Origin: Chrysomallon squamiferum | Lineage: Eukaryota; Animalia; Mollusca | Direction: 5' to 3' | Length of the DNA: 64,000 bases | Assembly: GCA_012295275.1 (NCBI GenBank) | Contig: CM022666.1 | Location: 7,998,001-8,062,000 of the forward strand | Shown here: positions 55,355-64,000 of the stretch, one piece after another | How the letters are laid out: each line of letters opens with the position of its first letter | Numbering within the stretch: position 1 is the stretch's first letter | Program-made: the position numbers and the translations under genes | The notes under the pieces: generated by a model | The model's database searches: none | Seen by the model: the letters and a program-made list of their open reading frames with translations, nothing else | What the model was told of the DNA's origin: nothing

Positions 55355-57971
55355 ATTATTATTATTATTATTACTACAATTATTATTATTATTATTACTA
55401 TTATTATTACTATTATTATTATTATTGTTGTTGTTGTTGTTATTTATCTAGATACTACAGCTTACTACCAAACTCCAGACACTGTATTTAGGGATCAGTA
55501 CACATGAACTTGGTCTGATTCGACAGACAGAACTGAAAACTTTGACACTTCAGCTTCGCGTCACACTCAGCAAAGGTTCCCTGTTTGAACAGTTCCGAGC
55601 CAGTGAGAACTACATGCAGTACCTTAAACAGTTCCAAAGGTCAGAGAAAATTAAAATAATTTATTTATTATATAACAGATTTTGTCATAGCATTCTTATA
55701 AATGAAATATTGTTGTTTTTGTTATTGTTACAGTTATTACTATCATCGTTGTTATTATTATTGTTACTGTTATTTTTACTGTTATTATTATTTTTACTAT
55801 CATTGTTATTTTTACTATCATTGTTATCGTCATCACCATAATCATTGTAATTACTTTATTATTACTACTGTTACTACTATTAGTACTATTGCAACTACTA
55901 CAAATGCTACAACTTACTACTAATGGTACAAATGCTAACACCACTGCTATTATTATTCGCAGTTTTTGTCAGTATTTGAATCACTCCAAGTTACACTGTT
56001 TTTTTCTTTTGTTTTTAGATGGGATGTTAAACATTCATTCATTCATCTATCTTTCATTCAGTCAGTTACAGTGTAATTCTTTTTGAAAGTGGATGCTAAA
56101 CTTTCATTCATTAATTCAGTCTTTCTTTCATCCCTCTACATTACAGTGTGATCTTCATATGTTGGGTGTTAAACATTCATTAATTTTGTTCATTTGTTTG
56201 ATCATATTATGAAATTCATTCTATTCAGTATAGGTTTTGGAACATTCATTTATTTATCCATTCATCCATCCATCTAACCAGTCATTCATCCAATCATTCA
56301 TCCACTCATTCATCCAATCATTCATCCACTCATTCATCCATTCATCCATTCATCCATTCATTCATCCATCCCTTCCTATTGCAGGTTCATCGAATCTAGT
56401 GACATATCCACTGACAACTTTACAAGTCACATCCTAACCTCTATGAGCAACGCCGATGCTAACAAACTGAACACCATCAGAAACATGGTGCAGTCAGCGA
56501 TGCCCCTGCTGAGCATCAGCTCGTTCCCACTCACCTATCAGATCAGAAAGGCAATAGTCACACTCAGTGACCCACCCCCGATATCAGACACCCCGATCAA
56601 GTTTGCTGCAGGTTTAACAGCAGCCATTCCTGTTGATGCTCTGATAGAGAATGTGGCAAACATTCAGGACATTAAAATTCAGGTGATTTATAAACACTTA
56701 CATATGTGTATTTTCAAAATGTATATATACAAAGATGTTTACACACATAAAATTAGAGATATACACACATAAGATGTAACTTGTATATCTTCCAGCAGTA
56801 CAGTATATTTGCATAAAAATAACGTGAAAAGAGTTGTTTTATACTAATTTAATATATACTCATGTATATTACCTATGATTGAAACAGTGTGGATATATTT
56901 GTAACTATTTGAGAGAATGTGTTTGTGTTTTTGTTTGTATGTTTGTGTGTGTAGGTAAGAGTGTGGGTGTTTGAATGCATATATTTGTGTCTATAAGAGA
57001 GAGATTTAAAAATATTAATATATGTTTTTTAATTATCTGAAACAACAAGATTAATATTTATAAATCATTTTAAAGTTGTTGTTTTTTTTTTTTTTTTTTT
57101 TTTAAGATTCGATATCCTGACCAGCAGCTGCAAGTGGTCACTCCCAGACACACGGACTTCAAGAAACTTGGACCTCTGCGACACAGACTAGTGACCAGTG
57201 TCCTCATATCTCATGCCCTGTGGTCAGGTGTGTAAATACAAACATCAGTTTTTAACAATCATTTTTATGTCTCTGTGTAATGTCATGGACAAGACTACCT
57301 CTAGACATTACTGCATGATCTCCAGTGTAATCACTTCAGTACATCATCACGAAGATGTTGTGTAATTCTGCTGTAGTTCAGAAGTCTGATGTTAAACTAT
57401 GATGCTTTGTCTTCAGGTTAAAGAATTTAGAAAAGACGATGAAAGCATTATATAGTAAACCTTGAGGATTCTTAATCCAAAGCTCTGAAATCAAAAAACT
57501 TACTGAACAACTGAGATTGTAAAATATTATATTTTCATAATAGATGTATGTTAACAAAGCTCAAATTTATTAAAAATATATAAAATACTCATAGATTATC
57601 TGCACAAGCTTTATACAAAATGTTTTGTGTTTAGACTTTGATCATATTTTAAGGCCAGAATCTCTTTAAACACCAAAATCCAAAACATTTTTAGTCCAAA
57701 GTATTTTACATAAGTGATCCTGGACTGGTATTAATATTGGGATTTATTTTTTGTTTTACTGGGTGTTTTTATTTCTTTGAAATGTATTTATTTTATTTTA
57801 ATTTTAAATATACCTTCTTTTTCTTTTTTCATTTTAATATATATGTTATATATATTTTTTTCTGTTTTAATTTTTAATTTTATTATATTTTATTTCAATT
57901 TTTTAAATTTTATTTTTATTTTTATTATTATTATTATTATTATTTATTATTATTATTATTATTGATTTTAT

Positions 57972-58006
<35 letters not shown>

Positions 58007-58157
58007 TTTTTTTTTTTCAGAATCTTGCCATGTTGAGCTAACTTTTGTTATGGAATCCATCACTCAAGGGAAGCAACTCCGTAAACAGCAAGATCTTGTA
58101 GAACTTTGCAAGCCAGTAAAAGTTCTTGTTTCAACAAAACCATCGAAAAGATGTTGA
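45799..58157 (+). CDS. INTS4: Integrator complex subunit 4 (19 exons; apparent 1-nt frameshift in exon 2)
   Basis: Exons: 45799-45852, 46532-46842, 47293-47399, 47843-48016, 48420-48559, 48871-48991, 49278-49349, 50229-50403, 51032-51237, 51735-51877, 52232-52347, 52586-52719, 53036-53187, 54043-54136, 54424-54495, 55452-55639, 56385-56682, 57107-57227, 58021-58157. Hallmark peptides MAALLKKRALAEF, KKLRL, DQDPRVR, RLIDDTFAKIC, FLEQTLDKKLMS, SGEWSTGQKWADDAP, GSCGAFVHGLEDEFLEVR, DMFNDEI and HPYFNTPEPNMDDPAYIA match recalled human INTS4. Confidence 0.96.
49598..49795 (+). mobile_element. Decayed tRNA-derived SINE-like element in INTS4 intron
   Basis: tRNA-like head gggatatagctcggtggc (A-box-like) followed by a body similar to 18695-18930. 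Confidence 0.5.
52348..52585 (+). other. U12-type (minor spliceosome) GT-AG intron in INTS4
   Basis: 5' splice site GTATCCTTA; branch site CCCTTAAC at 52570-52577, 8 nt before the exon; no polypyrimidine tract; splicing restores DDPAY-IAILL. Confidence 0.93.
52730..53020. repeat. ~28-30-bp intronic minisatellite (ttttacactgatgttgtgatagttaa)n
   Basis: About 10 visible tandem units fill nearly the whole INTS4 intron 52720-53035. Confidence 0.85.
53736..54001. mobile_element. Tc1/mariner-pogo (Tigger-like) MITE
   Basis: TA-CAGGTTGAG ... CTCAACCTG-TA: terminal inverted repeats flanked by TA target duplication; subterminal tccaaaa...ctggtcccaagcat..ggataa typical of Tigger-type ends. Confidence 0.75.
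57450..57730. mobile_element. More decayed copy of the same Tigger-like MITE
   Basis: Shares gaggattcttaatccaaa..ctgaaatcaaaaa and ccaaaatccaaaaca..tagtccaaagtatttt..ataag with 53736-54001. Confidence 0.5.
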
Positions 58158-59125
58158 TAAAATGTGAAAACTATTGATGCAGATTTAAAATGTGTGTGTT
58201 GATGCAGCTCTTTGAAAAGAAGTCTAAATATCTACAACAAAAATATTGATACAGCCAATTTAATAGATATAAAATCTGTTGATACTGACACAGACAAAAT
58301 TTTATTGATGAAAATGACTGCAAATGTTGATGCAGAGAGAAACGTATTTTAACAGATTTAAAATCTGTAAGAGTTGATTAAGATAAAATCTGTTCCTGTA
58401 GATTTATAATGTACAGATGTTGATACAGACAAATTTGTATCAGTGTACAGTCTGCAATTTTAACAGTTAAATCTGTAAATTTTGCTGCAGGCAAAATTTG
58501 TGATAGACTTAAAATCTGCAGTTTTTGATACAGATGGAAATTATTTTAATTCATATGAAATTGTTTTGTACTGATGAAATACAATAGATTTAAAATATGC
58601 AGGTATTGATGCAGATAAAATTTTGTTTAATTTATTTAAAATCTGTTGATATATTAAAAAAATGTGTTTCCAACTGCAGACAAAGACTAAAACATTTAAA
58701 ATCTGAAGATGTTGATGCAGACAAAACTGTTCAGGCATAGAGAACAGTTTTAATGGATAAAAGAAAATCTCAAGATGACACTGTCAGAAACGAAGAGACT
58801 TAATATAACTATTTGCAAGATTCAATAATAAAAATGTATACTAAAGATTTAAAGAGTTGATTTTCTTATATAATCTAACAAGATTATATATGTGAGATAA
58901 TAAAGTAAAAAAATAAAAAAAAAAAAGGTATATGTATGTGCAGTATGTTGTGATCATTTTATTTTCTTTGCAGTGATGGTCTTTCTTTTTTTGTTTTTGT
59001 TTTTCTCCAGCCATATTCTAATTTGGTTTAATTCATTTTTATTTCATAAATTATGATGGACCAGTAATCAGAAAGGAAGTAGCCCACTTTCACAATGGCT
59101 ACAGTTTTACATATTGTTATTGTTA

Positions 59126-59194
<69 letters not shown>

Positions 59195-61407
59195 ATCGAA
59201 ATAATAATAATGTAAAAAAATATGAAAATAATTTAATTTTCATTAAATTGTTATTGTAGTTGTTTTATTTATTTATTTATTTATAAATTAACTTGCCTAA
59301 AAAAACATCAAATTTTTTTTTTTTAGAAAATAAAATATTTCTTTCTCCAAATTTTCCAGTTTATCTCATTCAAGCTTCCATCTGTCTATCTATCTATATA
59401 TCTATTAAAATAATAATAATAAAATAATTTCCTGGAACACTGGTTCTGTTCATTATATATACCCTATATAAAATTTTATTAAAGGAATAATTTGTTTAAA
59501 TATACTAGAAGAAAAAAAAAAGTTCTAAAATTCCTACAGATAAAAAATAAAATCTTCACGGAATATACGCGTTGCCAAAGTGTTCAAAAATGACAAAAAT
59601 ACCAGTTTCAACATATCGAAAATTGAGAATGATAAATTATGCATAGATTTTAAATTGTACAAACGTGTATGTATTATTATAATACTGTTATGCACTGCTG
59701 ATACATTTGCGCTACTGGAGGACTGTTTGACAAAGGGGAAGTTAGTTCCAAAGACAAGGAAGACAACTTATACAAAAATATTTGCCACCTTTTTGTGTGT
59801 TATGGGGGTGGTTCGTATTTACTTCCGTAAACCATGCATTTTGATGTCACAAGCTCTCTGCTGCGTCCGATATTTGTCAAACAGAGAAAATATGTAGTTT
59901 CTTGTTACTTTTCTGGTTTGTTGTGTTTTGTGTTCTTCTGTTTTGTTTAAAAGATCACAATGGCATTTTTCATATCTGTTGCCGGTTTATGTAAGAGTAT
60001 AAAATCATTTGAACATATTTCAAACGATACATTAGTATCTAACATAATGCATCCCAGTGCAATATAATATAATATAATATAATATTGAGTTATATGGGAT
60101 GAAAAGAAATACGCTACAGCATCTTCCAATAGGGCAAAAATTAACGATAACAAATTTTGATAACAAATGACGTGTACTGGCTGCAACGAACATAATTACA
60201 ATATACCCAACGGATATTAAATAATCACATCTTTAATAACCTTAATTTTTGCCTTATATTTTCAATACCCTCTTTAATTTTCTGCATGGTGTCATCTTAC
60301 ACCGTGCTAATGAACACTGAATCACAAGTTTCTGGTTTGTATCAAATAAACCGTAATTCAGTAGTAAGAAATCTGCGTCTAGGTCACTGACAAACCAAAT
60401 CAGGCTGGTGACTCGGACGTCGTCTGCTTTTTGGCATCTGGCAGATGCGAAAGTTCAAAAAAAAAAAAAAAAAAAAAAACACCTCTTTATATAATCGTAG
60501 ATCCCCATGACCTATCAACATCAAGCATATCCCATGCAGAATTAAATAATTTATTGTTATTTACAAGTGCAGTTATTACTGATAATGAAAGATACAAATG
60601 TCAGCCTTAACAACTCTAAATATAATTTTCACTCGTTATCTTTGAAGAACATTAGTTTCGTTTGTGGTGTGCACTTGGAACGCATGCTATAATTCACAAT
60701 AACAGGTACTGTATGTCCTATGTATTGAGCTTTGTTATTAAAGAATTTAAAATAGACGAATGCAATAAAACAAAAGAAATCTGCCATTTCAAAATAAAAT
60801 AAAAATAAAATATCAAATCTAGGCATTTTTCTTGAAAAATCTGTCGACTCAAACAATCTAACAAATATTAGATCCGCTCCTAGTATAGCCTGATATGTTT
60901 GATAACATAATTGTTACTTTATCTCTTTCTGTATCAACTGATAGAGTTCAATGTCCATTGCTGTTATTGTTGTTTTTGTAAGTAGTTGCTTAAAAGAACA
61001 GACACTCTATTAACCCTGGGCATATACGTAATCTCGAGTGATGTTCATTTGTGCGTGAGAATTTCGTTTGTCACTTTAATCTTTATAAGTGACAGTATTC
61101 TTGCTTGTTTAAGTCCCTGTCACCGCATTACTCCGCAGGACAATATAGATCCGTTGGATATTCCCTGTATTTGTTCGCACTCCATTGTTGATATACTTGT
61201 GCCTGCGGGCTAGTTTTCATCATCATTAGTCTGTTGACAACATAATTCTGTGAATTATGACCGGAGCCATGTTGACCACAACACAGACGTGATAGATGTT
61301 GGTATGGTTACCGATGCATACAATATTCAAAATGAAACAGAAGCAGTACAAGGGCGGAATTAGAATTTTGTTTACAATATAGCCTGTTATGATAAAGTAC
61401 AAAAACG

Positions 61408-61440
<33 letters not shown>

Positions 61441-62010
61441 AAACAAGTTCTTTATAAACAACTGAAACAACGATCCTTTTCTTAGATCTTTTTCTTCCTG
61501 AGAAACAAAAATACTGAATCTGAAACTAGACCCATCGAGCACAAAGAGAAAGATTTCCAATAAATCAATACGCTTTCTTTATTTGCGTTTTCCAACGCCG
61601 CTCAGCTGATTTCAGAACATTGCAGACGATGAAAGTCCCGGCTTCACAAACGTCTGTTCATCGATCGATCGCTCCTTGCAAAGTCCTCAAGCGTTTTCTC
61701 ACTATAAGCGAGTTTTCTAAAAATATCCAGTATATCTCATTGCATTTATGAAGTTGTATTTCTCACCTGGTACGTAAGGCACTACTACGTCTGTAATCGA
61801 TCGTATTTTTAACAGAGCGATCGAGACAAAAATGGCTAATTTTAACATACGACTTCTGACGTAAATTCATCGTGCAGATGACTTGTTTAGGTTGTTAAAG
61901 CTCCACAGAAGATTTTGGTTTATTTTTCAAGTGAATCCAGAAATAGTTCATATATATGTGTGTGTGTGTGTGTGTCTTATTATATATATCATTTGTTCTT
62001 ACAACTCTTG

Positions 62011-62064
<54 letters not shown>

Positions 62065-62283
62065 TTTATTTTATTTTACTATTACTTAATTAATTAATAA
62101 CGAAATGTTAGATCCTTCATCGAATTAGATAAAAATTAGATAAAAATAAATTAATAGTTCTGTAGAAAAATAGAACGTTATTTTATTCATTCTCGGTTTA
62201 AAATAGTTTGAAATGATTACTATTTATTTATTAAACTAAAGAAATATAAGTTCATTATTTTTAACATTAAATATTTAAAAAAA

Positions 62284-62317
<34 letters not shown>

Positions 62318-62319
<2 letters not shown>

Positions 62320-62383
62320 ATGAATGAGTGAATGTTTAACGAAACCCCATCACAAAAAATATATCGGATACTGGGCGTCAAAC
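62318..62383 (+). repeat. Short dispersed repeat (also at 15159-15218)
   Basis: (TGAA)n followed by aaaaatatatcgg.ta.tggg.gtcaaa at both places. Confidence 0.55.
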
Positions 62384-63765
62384 AAATTATTATCAAAACC
62401 ACAATAAGCCTGTATTCGACCGAAATATTCTAACAGTCAGAATGGATCAAATAAAAGAATTAATTTCTGAGCATTAGATCACGAACGTTCGCATAAACTC
62501 GTGTAATGACGTCATTTACATCATTTACGGTATCCATGGCACAGAGTACATGATGAAAAATTACTGGTATGCGTCATTTATACCCACACCCTACACCTAT
62601 CACCCACACATTTCTAAATAAAGACTTGCATAGATATTTCACAACACGTTTTACTTTAAAAACATTACACTGTTATGTTGTTCGGTAGCCAAGCGCCTAG
62701 TTGATCGACTGAATGAATTACATTCGATTATCCGTACCCAGTAAGAAAAGTGATCAATAAAAGAGGCCAATAAATTCTCATTTTCCTATTCATTATCAAA
62801 GAACTGATTAAACTCTTTGTGAGCTGATTGTTGTTTAGTGTAAGGTCAGGTGGCATTCTGGATCGATTTTGCTCAGAACCAATATGTATATATGTATGTA
62901 ATATATATATATATATATATATCACCTATTTTAGATCGGTTTATCAAAGATAGTGTTTGTAATTTCCGTATAAAAGACCGCAGATCGGTGAATTTCCTTT
63001 CTCGGTGAGCCCATAAAATGAGCTGAGAAAAACATTAATTTATTAGTTCATAGTATGCATTCAGTTACAGTTTAAAGAATCTGCTCCTCCTTAAAATACT
63101 CACACACACACACACACGCACACGCACAACGACCCACCAGCGTCAATGCCGTATTAACAAATGGTCGTTGATTTATATTTTTAGCTATTCCAGAGTGAAA
63201 AGTGCCTTTAACCACTGGAGTCCTAGGGCGTATGTAACTGTGCTAAGCGAACAAACACACAAACAAACAAACAAATGATGGACTACATGTCTTTAGCCAA
63301 GTCAGACTTATGAGTAATATGGCGTTGCACACCATCCGATAAGATACAAGGGCTGCAAAAGCCCAAGCAGATTTTCTAGCTACCCACTTCTCAAAACAAA
63401 TGATGTCATTATGGTGAATCGTTTGCTCTGTAAGTAGCTATCATAAGAATATTTAGATTTAGACATTCTGAAAAGAAAAACAGGAAGAAGAAGAAGAAAA
63501 AAAAGCAAAAGAAAGAAAGAAAGAAAAGAAATTGAAGAAAAAAGATAAAGAAAGGAGGAAAAGAAAAGGAAAAAACACATTTTAGAAAAAGAATAAGGAA
63601 GAGGAAAATAAAGAAACAAAAAATGTGACAAAGAAGAAAGAAAGAAAGAGAAAGAAAGAAAACTCGTCTTCGCGATGCGCCTTGTGAAACACAAATCGAA
63701 CGTTAAGTTCGGATATCTGGAAATGCGGATCATAATAAGCAAAAACGGCACTAAGCAAAAAGAGA

Positions 63766-63843
<78 letters not shown>

Positions 63844-64000
63844 ACAAATTAAACTCATGTGATCAGTCTTCAGTATGTTGCAGGCAGAAGATGAACTGCT
63901 GTTTTCTAAATCAAACGAACTTCATGGAACTCGATAGTTTTTCTCGCTTCCGATTGGTTCAGTGCGGGTAAACTGGTCGGGCGAACTCGTTAAGCCTGTA

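Noticed and set aside
45799-58157. INTS4 as a pseudogene
   Set aside because: Only one lesion across 19 exons with all splice sites intact, and a second indel in the neighbouring gene points to assembly indel errors.
59580-64000. Short ORFs at the window end (59580-59897, 60986-61213, 63675-63971)
   Set aside because: No recognisable domains or consistent exon chain; likely UTR or intergenic sequence.

Overview
AT-rich, microsatellite-dense, intron-containing animal genomic DNA. It is most likely a mollusc, possibly a gastropod; this is inferred from repeat style only. Most ORF-track entries are simple-repeat artefacts. Assembling exons by hand gives five protein-coding genes: (1) the last five exons of TPP2 (+); (2) an intronless ~790-aa LRR-only protein (-); (3) a previously unannotated 4-exon, 180-aa secreted 10-Cys protein resembling domains 1-2 of the insect EGF-ligand trap Argos/giant-lens, ending in a Y-G-R-R amidation-type site (+); (4) a 7-exon conserved uncharacterised gene (-), head-to-head with (5) a complete 19-exon INTS4 (+) that carries a U12-type intron. 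There are four identical tRNA-Ser(CGA) genes: three in a ~315-bp tandem array and one in the Argos-like intron beside a decayed Academ-like DNA transposon. Also present are pogo/Tigger-like MITEs, decayed SINE-like copies and several minisatellites. Genes 4 and 5 each show an apparent single-base frameshift, either an assembly error or real. Family assignments come from recalled protein sequences, not from database searches.
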